Source: Verrucomicrobiia bacterium (GTDB lineage Bacteria; Verrucomicrobiota; Verrucomicrobiia; Limisphaerales; UBA8199). Taken from it: a stretch of 64,000 bases of DNA. Every line of letters starts with the position of its first letter. Position 1 is the first letter of the stretch. Shown piece by piece: positions 1 through 9,621 of this stretch. Below the pieces are notes generated by a model, which was given only the letters and a program-made list of their open reading frames with translations, was not told the DNA's origin and made no database searches. Location of the stretch: NCBI GenBank assembly GCA_035651635.1, contig DASRFK010000179.1, positions 41,686 through 105,685 of the forward strand, in the 5' to 3' direction. A program made the position numbers and the translations under genes.

Positions 1-182
1 TGGTCCGCAACCGGGCGCGGCGCCTCATGCGCGAGAGCTTTCGGCTGCATCAGCACGAGCTGGTACATCCGGTTGATTTGATATTGATTGCCAGGCAATC
101 CATTGCGGGCAAAGCTTTGGTGGACGTCGAGAAGGATCTTTTGACAAGCCTGCGGAAAGCGGGATTGTTGAGACCTGTTTAA
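1..182 (+). CDS. rnpA: RNase P protein component, C-terminal fragment (gene starts upstream of window)
   Basis: Frame-3 ORF running from the window edge to TAA at 180-182. Basic C-terminal tail (...RRLMRESFRLHQHE...LLRPV*). Position immediately upstream of yidD-yidC matches the conserved rnpA-yidD-yidC-jag order. Confidence 0.5.
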   Translation, partial: VRNRARRLMRESFRLHQHELVHPVDLILIARQSIAGKALVDVEKDLLTSLRKAGLLRPV

Positions 183-188
183 CGGGAA

Positions 189-635
189 ATGAATCTTGCA
201 CAGCACATCCTGGTATTCGGGGTTCGGATGTATCGCTGGATCCTCTCTCCGGCCAAGCTGTTCTTGTTCGGATCGCTGAGCCAGTGCCGCTTCAATCCCA
301 CCTGCTCGGCCTACGCGATTCAAGCCATTCAGCGACACGGCGCGTGCCGTGGCACTTGGCTGGCCCTGAAGAGAATCTGCCGCTGTCATCCGTGGGGTGA
401 TTGTGGGCAAGACCCTGTCCCGCCACAGAACAGGCACTCTGAATGCCTTCAAGCGCAGGAGCATGCGAATAGCCTCCACGTGACACCCGCAGATTCGGGG
501 CAACCGCAGATAAGAAATGAGAAGAGGTTCAGGGGTTTTCGGCGTGAATCTTTTCGGGGAATCCACTTGCGGTTTCACACCGCCCAGACCCGCCGCCCTG
601 CCGAACTGAGGGCCCTGGCTCATTCCTGCCACTAG
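189..635 (+). CDS. yidD: Membrane protein insertion efficiency factor YidD (with unusually long low-complexity C-terminal tail)
   Basis: N-terminal ~75 aa match the YidD family (ILSP...CRFNPTCSAYAIQAIQRHG...CHPWG). Located between rnpA and yidC. The ORF continues to 635 without a stop. Confidence 0.75.
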   Translation: MNLAQHILVFGVRMYRWILSPAKLFLFGSLSQCRFNPTCSAYAIQAIQRHGACRGTWLALKRICRCHPWGDCGQDPVPPQNRHSECLQAQEHANSLHVTPADSGQPQIRNEKRFRGFRRESFRGIHLRFHTAQTRRPAELRALAHSCH

Positions 636-641
636 GCTCTC

Positions 642-2441
642 ATGGACCGCAAATCATTCATCATTCTCGCTCTTTGCCTGCTCGCGTTCCTGTTCGTCCC
701 GCGGCTGGTAAACAAAATCTATCCCCCCAAACCGCTTCCTGCGGTTTTCACGAATATCCCCAATGCCGAAGTCTCCTCGACCAACAGCTCCGCCGTAACC
801 CCGCCCAGTTTCCAGCCGTCCGAGCCTGGAGCGACTCACGCTCAAATCGCGTTCAATTCTTCGCAACCCGAACAACTGATTGAGGTTACGAACTTGACCG
901 CGCATTACACTTTCAGTTCGTACGGTGGCGGGCTGAAAGAAGTCGAACTGCTCCGATATCCCGAAATCGTCTCCACAATCCGGCACCGCAGAACAGAGAC
1001 CAATCGAGTCGCTACTCTTAACACAGTCACTCCGGCTCCAACCCTCGCCATTCTCGATGGTCCTGAAGTTCAAGGGGATGGGGTTTTCAAGCTCACGCGC
1101 ACCACCGATGGGATTCGCGCTGAAAAGGAGCTCACCAACGGGCTTGCCGTGGTCAAAACGTTCGAAGTGAGTACCAATTACCTGATCCTGGCGAGTGTTC
1201 AGCTCGAAAACCAATCTGACAAGGCATTGTCATTACCTGGCCAGGCGTGGTTCGCCGGAACCGCCACGCCCATGAACGCACGCGACGATGGTTCTGCGGT
1301 GGATGTCATGTGGTACAATGGCACCAAGGCGCAGGACATTGGCGCGAGAGGCGTTTTCGCAACGAAGGGCTTTGCCTGCACGCCGCGGGTACCGCCGTCC
1401 GAGTTTCGCGCCGGCCAAAGCAATGTCACTTGGGTGGCAGTGCACAACCAGTTTTTTGCTTTGGCGGTCATGCCATCCCTGAAGGAGCCCGCCGAACAAA
1501 TCCTGGTCAGGACGAATCCGTTGCCCCGGCCCAGCGAGGAGGAGTTGACCTACCGATCCGTTCGCGAGCCAGTCGGTTACACCGCTGAACTGCTTTACCC
1601 GGCCCTGACCCTGGCCCCGCACCAGAAGCTACAGCGCCAGTTCATCATTTTTGCCGGGCCCAAGGAATACCGCACGCTGGCCACCATCGCCGCAGCCCTG
1701 AACAACAACGTCGATGCCATTATGGGATACGGCGGCTTTTTCGGCTTCTTCTCGAAGGCCCTGCTGCTCGGGATGAATGCCCTTCACCAGTCCCTGGGAC
1801 TGCCTTACGGGTGGGTGATTATTGCCATCACGGTGATTATCAAGGTCGTGTTCTGGCCGCTCACACAGGCCAGCACTCGCTCGGCCAAACGAATGCAGTT
1901 GCTCCAGCCCCAGATCAAAGCCCTGCAGGAAAAATATAAGGATGACCCCGTCAAAGCGCAGCGCAAGATGATGGAGTTCTGGAAGGAGCATAAAATCAAC
2001 CCAATGAGCGGTTGTTTGCCTACCCTCATTCAGATGCCCGTATTTTTCGGGTTCTTTTTCATGATCCGCAGCGCCATCGAATTGCGCGGCGCTCCGTTCC
2101 TGTGGGTCGGTGACCTTTCCAGCCCCGACACTCTCTTTATCATCCCCGCGCTTAACTTTCCCTTCAATCTGCTGCCATTGATCATGGGAGCGACCATGCT
2201 CTGGCAGGCTCACCTCACGCCGCCTTCGCCGGGCATGGACCCCGCTCAAGCCAAGATGATGCGGTACATGCCGCTAATGTTCCTGGTTTTCCTGTACAAT
2301 TACTCGGCCGGCCTGACCCTCTATTGGACCGTCCAGAACCTCTTGAGCATCGTGCAAACCAAGTTGATCCGCACCATGCCCGAACCGTCCATATCCCCCA
2401 AAGGTCCGGTATTGACGTCTCCGCCAAAAAAGAGGAAATAA
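642..2441 (+). CDS. yidC: Membrane protein insertase YidC
   Basis: 599 aa with an N-terminal signal anchor and large periplasmic domain. Conserved C-terminal core (WGWAIIxxTxxIKxxFWPL, KMQxLQPxIKxLQEKYKDDP, NPxxGCLPxLIQMPVFxG). Confidence 0.95.
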   Translation: MDRKSFIILALCLLAFLFVPRLVNKIYPPKPLPAVFTNIPNAEVSSTNSSAVTPPSFQPSEPGATHAQIAFNSSQPEQLIEVTNLTAHYTFSSYGGGLKEVELLRYPEIVSTIRHRRTETNRVATLNTVTPAPTLAILDGPEVQGDGVFKLTRTTDGIRAEKELTNGLAVVKTFEVSTNYLILASVQLENQSDKALSLPGQAWFAGTATPMNARDDGSAVDVMWYNGTKAQDIGARGVFATKGFACTPRVPPSEFRAGQSNVTWVAVHNQFFALAVMPSLKEPAEQILVRTNPLPRPSEEELTYRSVREPVGYTAELLYPALTLAPHQKLQRQFIIFAGPKEYRTLATIAAALNNNVDAIMGYGGFFGFFSKALLLGMNALHQSLGLPYGWVIIAITVIIKVVFWPLTQASTRSAKRMQLLQPQIKALQEKYKDDPVKAQRKMMEFWKEHKINPMSGCLPTLIQMPVFFGFFFMIRSAIELRGAPFLWVGDLSSPDTLFIIPALNFPFNLLPLIMGATMLWQAHLTPPSPGMDPAQAKMMRYMPLMFLVFLYNYSAGLTLYWTVQNLLSIVQTKLIRTMPEPSISPKGPVLTSPPKKRK

Positions 2442-2447
2442 AGGGCC

Positions 2448-2512
2448 GTTAATGCGTGCGGAATTCGGAGTGCGGAGTGCACCCAAAGCTGTTAATGAGT
2501 GCGGAATTCGGA
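2448..2512. repeat. Two copies of a 22-bp direct repeat (GTTAATGMGTGCGGAATTCGGA), 43 bp apart, in the yidC-jag spacer
   Basis: Seen directly: 2448-2469 and 2491-2512 differ at one position. Confidence 0.6.
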
Positions 2513-2557
2513 AATTCGGAACACGCGGAACAACAGTAAACAATCAATTAACTGCCG

Positions 2558-3007
2558 ATGTCTGCTGAACCAAGAGCCACACTTGAACAGCTTTTAAACC
2601 TGCTCGGATTCCCGGCCACCGTTGAGGAGCATCACATGGAGGATGGGATTCTGCTGGACGTGAAGACGGAGGACTCCGGCCGCTTGATCGGCCGTCAGGG
2701 CCAAACGCTCTCCGACCTGCAGTACATCACTAACCGGCTGCTCTTTCAGCATGACCCTTCCGCGCCAAAAATCATGGTCGACGTCAGCGGCTACCGCGCT
2801 CAGGCCCGCGAGGCACTGGTCAAAAAAGCCAAGGAAGCTGCCGAGAAGGTCCGCCGCTGGGGGGACGTCGTGGAACTTGAACCCCTGAGCGCCTTCGACC
2901 GCCGCATCATTCACCAGGCGCTCAAAGACGATCCAACCATCGAGACCCACAGCGTCGAAGTGGAAGGCACCGATAAAAAAGCAATCCTCCTGCGCCCAAA
3001 ACATTAA
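2558..3007 (+). CDS. jag: Jag/KhpB-type RNA-binding protein (KH + R3H domains)
   Basis: 149 aa with a C-terminal R3H-like segment (RRIIHQALKDDPTIETHSVEVEGTDKKAILLRP). Conserved position after yidC. Confidence 0.8.
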   Translation: MSAEPRATLEQLLNLLGFPATVEEHHMEDGILLDVKTEDSGRLIGRQGQTLSDLQYITNRLLFQHDPSAPKIMVDVSGYRAQAREALVKKAKEAAEKVRRWGDVVELEPLSAFDRRIIHQALKDDPTIETHSVEVEGTDKKAILLRPKH

Positions 3008-3019
3008 GTGGTTTGTCCT

Positions 3020-3106
3020 GGCGGCATCTCGGAAGAGTGCCGCCATTTCTCATCCTCCAGCCCCCAAGTCCCTGAATACATAGCGGCACTCTCCCGAGAT
3101 GCGCTA
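3020..3106. terminator. Candidate bidirectional terminator: ~20-bp inverted repeat (GCATCTCGGAAGAGTGCCGC / GCGGCACTCTCCCGAGATGC) with an internal small hairpin, between convergent jag and moeB
   Basis: Arms at ~3024-3043 and ~3084-3103 are complementary with one mismatch. Arm 1 also folds on itself (GGCGGCA...TGCCGCC). No clean T-run. Confidence 0.4.
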
Positions 3107-3120
3107 CGTCCCTTCGATCG

Positions 3121-4275
3121 TTAATACTTCGGCACACTCGCGTCAATTTCGTTGGACCACGCGGTGATCCCGCCGGCCACGCTTTTGAGATTCTTGAACC
3201 CTTGTAGGCGCAGGAATTCCAGCGCTTTCATCGAGCGCCCCCCCATTTTGCAATGGATGTAGTACGCCTGGTGCGGGTCCAACTCGCTAAACCGCTGCGC
3301 CAACTGGCTTAAGGGCAGCAGCGTGGCGCCACTAATGTGGGCGATTTGATGCTCGTTAGGTTCGCGCACATCAATGACCTTGATGCCCAGATTCGGATTA
3401 TCTAAGGCCTGCTTGAGCTGTTGAACACTGACTTCATCTGGATGCATGGATTGGGTGGTTGAGGGTTCATTCAGACCGCAAAAGGCTTCATAATCGATGA
3501 GACGCGTGATGCTGGGCTGCTCGCCACACAGGGGGCATTGCGGATCGCGCCGTAACTTGAGCTCGCGAAACTTCATTTCCAAGGCGTCGTACAGCAGCAA
3601 CCGGTTCAGGAGCGGCCGGCCCAGCCCGGCAGCCAGTTTCAGCACCTCGGTCGCCTGGACTAACCCAATTAACCCCGGCAGCACTCCCAATACCCCGCCT
3701 TCGGCGCAACTGGGCACCGCCCCTGGCGGCGGCGGCTCGGGATATAAACAGCGGTAACAGGGCGCGCCGAGATGCGGCGCAAACACACTCGCCTGACCTT
3801 CGAAACGGAAAATCGAGCCGTACACATTCGGCTTTTTGAGCAGCACACAAGCGTCATTCGTCAGGTAGCGCGTCGGGAAATTGTCGGTCCCGTCCACCAC
3901 CACGTCGTACTGGCCGAGGATCTCCAAAGCATTGGCGCTGGTCAGGCGGGTTTCATGCAGCACCACCTCCACGCCCGGATTCAGACGCTGCAACGTTTTT
4001 TTGGCCGATTGGGCCTTAGGCTCACCCAAGGCATCCGTCCCATGAAGGATCTGTCGCTGCAAATTCGAAAGTTCCACCTGGTCGAAATCCACGATCCCGA
4101 GCGTCCCGATTCCCGCCGCCGCCAGATACAACGACACTGGCGAGCCTAAACCCCCGGCTCCGACGCACAACACGCGGCTGGCGCAGATTTTCTTTTGGCC
4201 CTCGAGTCCGACTTCAGGCAGGATCAGATGCCGGCCATACCGGCGGATCTGTTCGTTAGTTAATTCCACAATCAA
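3121..4275 (-). CDS. moeB: Molybdopterin-synthase adenylyltransferase/sulfurtransferase (MoeB/ThiF E1-like domain + C-terminal rhodanese domain; MoeZ-type)
   Basis: 384 aa. Contains the ThiF nucleotide-binding motif (VLCVGAGGLGSPVSLYLAAAGIG), CxxC pairs, and a C-terminal rhodanese-like region with active-site Cys (HCKMGGRS). Confidence 0.9.
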   Translation of the reverse strand: MIVELTNEQIRRYGRHLILPEVGLEGQKKICASRVLCVGAGGLGSPVSLYLAAAGIGTLGIVDFDQVELSNLQRQILHGTDALGEPKAQSAKKTLQRLNPGVEVVLHETRLTSANALEILGQYDVVVDGTDNFPTRYLTNDACVLLKKPNVYGSIFRFEGQASVFAPHLGAPCYRCLYPEPPPPGAVPSCAEGGVLGVLPGLIGLVQATEVLKLAAGLGRPLLNRLLLYDALEMKFRELKLRRDPQCPLCGEQPSITRLIDYEAFCGLNEPSTTQSMHPDEVSVQQLKQALDNPNLGIKVIDVREPNEHQIAHISGATLLPLSQLAQRFSELDPHQAYYIHCKMGGRSMKALEFLRLQGFKNLKSVAGGITAWSNEIDASVPKY

Positions 4276-4300
4276 TTGAAAGCGCGCATAAAAAGGGCGG

Positions 4301-4343
4301 TGTCAAGTGGGTTATCAAGTTATCACGTTTTAAGTTATCAAGT
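4301..4343. repeat. Short tandem array of the octamer GTTATCAN (4 units) in the divergent moeB/PNP intergenic region
   Basis: tgtcaagt gg gttatcaa gttatcac gttttaa gttatcaa. Same repeat family as at 17432-17590, 18352-18372 and 20844-20902. Confidence 0.55.
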
Positions 4344-4654
4344 CGAGCCGCCCGGAAGCGGCGGGTGTGATTAAATCTGTCGGTCATTCTGCGTTGATCG
4401 GCAGAAAAGCGGCAGAGAGCTGCCGCAGTGCAAACCTTCGGTTCTCGAGGCCCGCACCCGTGTCGCGCTCGCGTTTTGGACTGCGGCAGTCCTCTGCCGC
4501 CTTTTTTCGGCTTCCAGCCACGACCGACGCTGTTAATCGCACCCGGAACCGGCGTGCCCACGCTGCAAAAACAGACCTTCTTCCAACAAATCCAAAGCTC
4601 AAGGACTCTAGACCAATTCCCTGCCGCCGGCAACGGGATCGCTCGTTTTAATCT

Positions 4655-5494
4655 GTGATGAAACCAGCCTCACCTCAGGTCGCCGCAGCCAAACTGCTGG
4701 CCATGACCTTCCTTCGTCCGAAACTGGCCATTATACTTGGGACAGGTTTCAACCGCGCCCTGGCTTCCCTGAAACCGCAGGTCCGAATCGATTATAATCG
4801 GATTCCAGGCTTCCCTGCGCTCGGCGTGGAAGGCCACGCGGGCGAGATCCTCTTCGGTTGCCTTGCAAACCATCCGGTGCTGCTGCTCAGTGGCCGGGCG
4901 CACTTTTATGAAGGACACCCCATGTCCGTCGTCACGTTTGCCGTCCGAACTCTCGCTGCTTTTGGCATCCAGGCACTCCTGCTCACCAACGCCGCCGGCG
5001 CGATCAATCCCAAGCTCCGGCGAGGTGATTTTATGGCGCTCAAAGATCACATTAATTTCATGGGCGAAAATCCGCTGCGTGGCAGCCCGGGTGGCGAGCC
5101 AACAGGGTTTGTTGATCTGTCCGAGGTCTACGACGCCCAATTGCGCCGCCTCCTCGTCGGGGCAGCCAGGGAATGCGGCGTGAGACTTCGCAGCGGGATT
5201 TATATCGCCGTGAGGGGGCCGAGCTACGAAACGCCAGCCGAAATAAATGCGTTTCACCGCTGGGGCGCTGACGCGGTCGGCATGAGCACTGTGCCTGAGG
5301 CGATGGTGGCCCGCCAATGCGGTCTGCGCGTCGCGGCTCTGTCCCTTATTACCAATCTCGCAGCCGGTCGAAACCAGGTTGAACTGAGCCACAAGGAGGT
5401 GCTCGAAGCGGCGGCCTTGGCCAAAAAAGATTGCAACCGGCTGCTTGAGAGCTTTGTCGGGCGGTACGCCGCACTGGCCGAAGTTTCGGATTGA
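4655..5494 (+). CDS. Purine nucleoside phosphorylase (PNP/MTAP family I, trimeric type)
   Basis: 279 aa. PNP family motifs present (AIILGTGFN, FYEGH, LLLTNAAGA, RGPSYETPAE, GADAVGMSTVPE). Confidence 0.85.
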   Translation: MMKPASPQVAAAKLLAMTFLRPKLAIILGTGFNRALASLKPQVRIDYNRIPGFPALGVEGHAGEILFGCLANHPVLLLSGRAHFYEGHPMSVVTFAVRTLAAFGIQALLLTNAAGAINPKLRRGDFMALKDHINFMGENPLRGSPGGEPTGFVDLSEVYDAQLRRLLVGAARECGVRLRSGIYIAVRGPSYETPAEINAFHRWGADAVGMSTVPEAMVARQCGLRVAALSLITNLAAGRNQVELSHKEVLEAAALAKKDCNRLLESFVGRYAALAEVSD

Positions 5495-5539
5495 GAAAGC
5501 AGGTGCGCTCTGCAACTCTGAACCTGGAAGCTGGTACAG

Positions 5540-7033
5540 ATGAAGTCGAGCCTCGTGTTTCAGTTGGAGAATGCCGCCTGGCCAGCGCTCTTGCTTGATT
5601 CCGCCACCACGGTTTGTCGTGCCAATCCCGCCGCCATTCGGTTGTTTGGCCCCGCTCTCGAAAGTTCCACCGCCCTGCTGGCGGCTATTTGGTCGCCCGA
5701 CAACACCGCCACCCCGGAGCAATTCCTCGCCCAGTGGGAGCGGTCACCCACTCAGACGGTTTCCCTCAAGCTGCGCACCCGCGGCGGCAATGCCTGGCTC
5801 GCTTCGGCTTCCATCTGTTCATTCACCAAAGAAGGCCAGCGATTCTTTCTGCTTCAAATCCTCCCGGATGCGCCTGCGGCCCAGGCCGAAGAGGCCAGCA
5901 CTTCCTCAGATGCCAGCCTGGCTCACAAGCAAAAACTGGATTGCGCGCTCCAACTCGCGCGCACCGTCGCCCTGGATTTTAACAATGCTTTGACCAGTAT
6001 TCTCGGGCACACCTCGTTGGTGTTGAGCCAGGCCGAACCTAACAATCCGTGGCGCACTTCCTTGTTGGAAGTCGAAAAATCGGCGGCACGAGCGGCGGAA
6101 ATCGCCAATGACCTCGGCATGTTCAGCCGTCAGGAGAAAGAACCGCGCGCCCAAGCCATCGGCAATCTTAACCAACTCGCTCAAAGAACCATTGACCTCT
6201 TCCAGCAACAGGCGCCTTCAGTCCAGGTTTCGTGGAGCCTTTTGCTCGAAAAGACGCCGTTCACTTGCCGGTTCGACGAGGCCAAGCTGCAACAGGCCCT
6301 GATGCGCATTCTCGAAAATGCAGTCCAGGCCATTAAAAGCAGCGGCCGCATCACCATCCAGACCCGCAATGTCGAGCTGACCGACCCGGCCCAGGACCAA
6401 AACGTGCGCCTCGCTCCCGGCGCATACGTTTCGCTCGAAGTCACCGATGATGGCGAAGGCATCGCACCCGAGGTCCTGCCGCGCGTGTTCGAGCCCTTCT
6501 TCACCACCAAGGGCAAGGACCACCGCGGCCTCGGCCTGGCCTGGGTCTATGGCGTGGTCACCAACCACGGCGGCGGCGTGGCCATCTCCAGCCGCTTGGG
6601 CGCCGGCACCGCGGTCCGCCTTTATCTGCCCGCGGAAAAACTGGTCCTCAAAGAAAACGGCATTGCCGCCGATGATCTGCGCGGCACTCAAACCATCCTG
6701 ATGGTCGACGATGAAGATTTGCTACTTACCATGGGCCAGACCATCCTGTCGGCATACGGCTATCGCGTGCTGACCGCCAACAGCGGTCAGAAAGCCCTCG
6801 ACGCCCTGACCGCCCAGGGACCCGTGGACCTCATCATTACCGACCTGGTCATGCCCGCCATGAGCGGCCGGGAATTGGTCGAGCACATCCACGAGCAATC
6901 CCCGGGCACGCCGATCCTGTGCACCAGCGGCTACGTATGGCCCGCCGGCCATCACAACGACTCTGCTTACCTTCAAAAGCCGTTTACCAGCCACGACTTG
7001 CTGCTCAAAGTAAAACAGGTCCTGGCGGCCTAG
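5540..7033 (+). CDS. Hybrid sensor histidine kinase (PAS-like N-terminus, HisKA, HATPase_c, C-terminal receiver)
   Basis: H-box (DFNNALTSILGHTSL), G1/G2 boxes (DDGEGI; GLGLAWVYG), receiver with the phospho-accepting Asp (LIITDLVMP). Confidence 0.85.
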   Translation: MKSSLVFQLENAAWPALLLDSATTVCRANPAAIRLFGPALESSTALLAAIWSPDNTATPEQFLAQWERSPTQTVSLKLRTRGGNAWLASASICSFTKEGQRFFLLQILPDAPAAQAEEASTSSDASLAHKQKLDCALQLARTVALDFNNALTSILGHTSLVLSQAEPNNPWRTSLLEVEKSAARAAEIANDLGMFSRQEKEPRAQAIGNLNQLAQRTIDLFQQQAPSVQVSWSLLLEKTPFTCRFDEAKLQQALMRILENAVQAIKSSGRITIQTRNVELTDPAQDQNVRLAPGAYVSLEVTDDGEGIAPEVLPRVFEPFFTTKGKDHRGLGLAWVYGVVTNHGGGVAISSRLGAGTAVRLYLPAEKLVLKENGIAADDLRGTQTILMVDDEDLLLTMGQTILSAYGYRVLTANSGQKALDALTAQGPVDLIITDLVMPAMSGRELVEHIHEQSPGTPILCTSGYVWPAGHHNDSAYLQKPFTSHDLLLKVKQVLAA

Positions 7034-7097
7034 GCCTCCATAACCAAGCCTAACGGCGGCCGGCGGGGAGGGGGCGAGCTCATCTGCCGACCGATCA

Positions 7098-7126
7098 TCA
7101 ACTAATGTTTAAGAAAACATTAGTTG
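7098..7126. promoter_or_regulatory. Perfect 13-bp inverted repeat (TCAACTAATGTTT-AAG-AAACATTAGTTGA) ~35 bp upstream of the LysR gene; candidate LTTR (T-N11-A-type) autoregulatory operator
   Basis: Seen directly in sequence. Location and dyad symmetry are typical of LysR-family binding sites. Confidence 0.4.
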
Positions 7127-7160
7127 ACTCACTGAACCCGTGCAGGTATTGATTACACTT

Positions 7161-8054
7161 ATGCAGATTGAAAGCCTAAAAGTCTTCTGTGACCTGGCCG
7201 AGACCGAGAGTTTTACCAAAGCCGCGCAAATCAACCAGGTCACTCAGTCGGCCGTGAGCCAGCAGATCAGCTCGCTCGAGCGGTTGTTCAAGTCGCTGCT
7301 GATCGAGCGCAGCAAAAAACGGTTCCGGCTCACCCGGGAAGGCCAGGTCCTTTACGATTACAGCAAGCAGGTCGTCCACACCTACAACGCGCTTCACCAT
7401 AAGCTCCAGGAAATCAAGGAACTAATTTCGGGAACGATTCGGGTGGCCACCATCTACAGCGTCGGCTTGCACGATCTGCCGCCGTACGTGAAGAAATTCC
7501 TGAAGAACTATCCCACCGTAAACGTCCACGTCGAATATCGGCGCGCCAACCAGGTGTACGAGGATGTCATCGGCAATGTCGTCGACCTGGGCCTGGTGGC
7601 TTATCCGGTGCGGGACAATAAGCTGGAGATTGTCCCCTTGCGCAAAGATCCGCTGGTCTTGATTTGTCACCCGCAACATCCGTTGGCCAAATCCAAAAAC
7701 GTCCGCCTCAAAGCACTTTCCGGGCAAAAATTCATCGGGTTCGAGCCGGATATTCCCACCCGCAAGGCTCTGGATAAAATCCTCAAGGACCACTCCGTCC
7801 AAGTCCAGCATGTGATGGAGTTCGACAACATCGAAACGGTCAAACGCGCGGTCGAGATCGATGCCGGGGTTGCGATCGTCCCACAGGGAACCGTACTGCA
7901 GGAAACCGCCAAAGCCACGCTGGCCCAGGTGGCGCTCGACGATGGCGAGTACTACCGTCCGTTGGCCGCTATTTACAAAAGGAACAAAGTCCTCTCGCCG
8001 GCCATGAAAGAATTCATCTCCACCTTAAAAGAGGAAAAACCTCCGCAAGGTTGA
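7161..8054 (+). CDS. LysR-family transcriptional regulator
   Basis: N-terminal HTH (MQIESLKVFCDLAETESFTKAAQINQVTQSAVSQQISSLE) plus a C-terminal substrate-binding domain. Start moved to the internal ATG at 7161. Confidence 0.85.
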   Translation: MQIESLKVFCDLAETESFTKAAQINQVTQSAVSQQISSLERLFKSLLIERSKKRFRLTREGQVLYDYSKQVVHTYNALHHKLQEIKELISGTIRVATIYSVGLHDLPPYVKKFLKNYPTVNVHVEYRRANQVYEDVIGNVVDLGLVAYPVRDNKLEIVPLRKDPLVLICHPQHPLAKSKNVRLKALSGQKFIGFEPDIPTRKALDKILKDHSVQVQHVMEFDNIETVKRAVEIDAGVAIVPQGTVLQETAKATLAQVALDDGEYYRPLAAIYKRNKVLSPAMKEFISTLKEEKPPQG

Positions 8055-8213
8055 GAAGTGGAAACGTTCAAACGCGGCAACGTGAAAATGCTAAAACGGA
8101 ATCAGCCCACTTTGGCAGCGCCAAGAAGTGCCCCGACGCATGGCAGAAGATTCGCTCGCGCGATTTTGACGTTTCAACGCTCTAACGTCTTCCCGTTTTA
8201 AAGCCTCAACGTC

Positions 8214-9323
8214 TCACTTAAGGTTCACCGGGTTCAGCGGCTTGAGGTCCTTGGGCAGGAATAACCCGTTCTTACGGATGAGTTCGTCGTCGAACCAGAT
8301 CTCCCCTCCGCCCCACTCGGGGCGCTGGATCAGGACCATGTCCCAATGGACGGCGGAACGGTTGCCGTTGTCGCATTCCTTGTAGGCCTGGCCGGGCGTG
8401 AGATGCAGGGAGCCGGCAATCTTCTCGTCGAAGAGGATATCGCACATCGGATTCAGAATGTACGGGTTGAAGCCCAGCGAGAACTCACCGGTAAAACGGG
8501 CGCCGGCGTCCGTATCCAAAATCTCATTCAGGCGTTTGGTATTATTTGAAGTGGCCTCCACTACCCGTCCGTCCTTGAACCCAAGACGCACATTCTCAAA
8601 CCTCGTTCCGGAATAAAGCGTGGGCGTGTTGAACTGAATCCGGCCGTTGATCGAATTCTTCACCGGACACGAGAAAACTTCGCCATCGGGAATATTGCGG
8701 TCGCCTTTGCACATTTTGGCCCCGATTCCCTTGAGGCTGAAGCTCAGGTCGGTGCCGGGCCCTTTAATTTGGACCCGGTTGGCTTTTCTCATGCGCCGTT
8801 CGAGCGGCACCATGGCTCGGGCCATTTTGCGATAATCCATCGTGCACACCTCGAAGTACAGATTCTCGAACGCTTCGGTGCTCATCCCGGCGCCCTGGGC
8901 CATGCTCGGCGTGGGCCAGCGCAGCACGCACCAGCGCGTTTTATTGACCCGCTGGTTGAGCACCGGGCGGGTCAGCCGCGAATACAACCCCATGCGGTCC
9001 GGCGGCACATCCGCATTTTCATTGGCATTGGCGCTCCCGCGAATCGCAATGTAAGCCTGCATCTTTCGCATCCGGGCCAGTTCGATATCTCTCACCAGCC
9101 GGGCGTGGTCCGCGTCGGTTTCCCGCAGCAACTCACGGGTCACCCGCGTATGCCGCACTTCGACCAGCGGCACCGCTCCGGCGTCTCGCGCGGTCCGGAC
9201 TAACTCGACGGTGAATTCGTCCGGCACATCGATCATATCGAGCAACACGCGCTCCCCCTTTTTCAGGGCCGTGGAATACTCGACCAGCAGCCGAGCCAAT
9301 TTCTTGTAACGCGGATCTGTCAT
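8214..9323 (-). CDS. Aminopeptidase, M29 family (AmpS/PepS-like, aminopeptidase T)
   Basis: 369 aa with overall similarity to the thermophilic aminopeptidase T family (segments ...EFSLGFNP..., ...HWDMVL...). Confidence 0.8.
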   Translation of the reverse strand: MTDPRYKKLARLLVEYSTALKKGERVLLDMIDVPDEFTVELVRTARDAGAVPLVEVRHTRVTRELLRETDADHARLVRDIELARMRKMQAYIAIRGSANANENADVPPDRMGLYSRLTRPVLNQRVNKTRWCVLRWPTPSMAQGAGMSTEAFENLYFEVCTMDYRKMARAMVPLERRMRKANRVQIKGPGTDLSFSLKGIGAKMCKGDRNIPDGEVFSCPVKNSINGRIQFNTPTLYSGTRFENVRLGFKDGRVVEATSNNTKRLNEILDTDAGARFTGEFSLGFNPYILNPMCDILFDEKIAGSLHLTPGQAYKECDNGNRSAVHWDMVLIQRPEWGGGEIWFDDELIRKNGLFLPKDLKPLNPVNLK

Positions 9324-9506
9324 GCCTTGCCCCGAAAGTTAGTGAATTCCCCTCGTTTGTCGAGCGCCGCTTCACTCCAACTGCGCGGAGGCAAAGCCCC
9401 CCCGATGATGAATGCTCCACCGTTCATATCCGGCGGCGACGAAGGGCCCATTAGCCTGGCGTGGAACCAGCGTGGTGTCTCCCAATTGGCTGATGCTATT
9501 TCTTAC

Positions 9507-9562
9507 AGGAGGAAACAGAGAAAACAGAGTTTTTTTGTCTCTGTTCCCTCTGTTTTCTCCTG
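9507..9562. repeat. Long imperfect inverted repeat (AGGAGGAAACAGAGAAAACAGAG-T7G-TCTCTGTTCCCTCTGTTTTCTCCT) in the divergent aminopeptidase/arsR region
   Basis: Seen directly. ~23-nt arms around a T7 loop. Function unknown. Confidence 0.4.
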
Positions 9563-9621
9563 TTCAATTGAGAGCAGAGCAAGCGGAGCAGCAGGTGGTT
9601 GACAACGGACTTAAGGGGCGG

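Noticed and set aside
189-635. Possibility that the long YidD ORF is a fusion or frameshift artefact
   Set aside because: No internal stop or frame break is visible and the YidD core is intact. The C-terminal tail is treated as a genuine, if unusual, extension.
4670-5722. 350-aa minus-strand ORF antisense to the purine nucleoside phosphorylase gene
   Set aside because: Gly/Arg/Pro-rich low-complexity translation typical of out-of-frame reading of high-GC coding DNA. The opposite strand carries a well-supported PNP gene.
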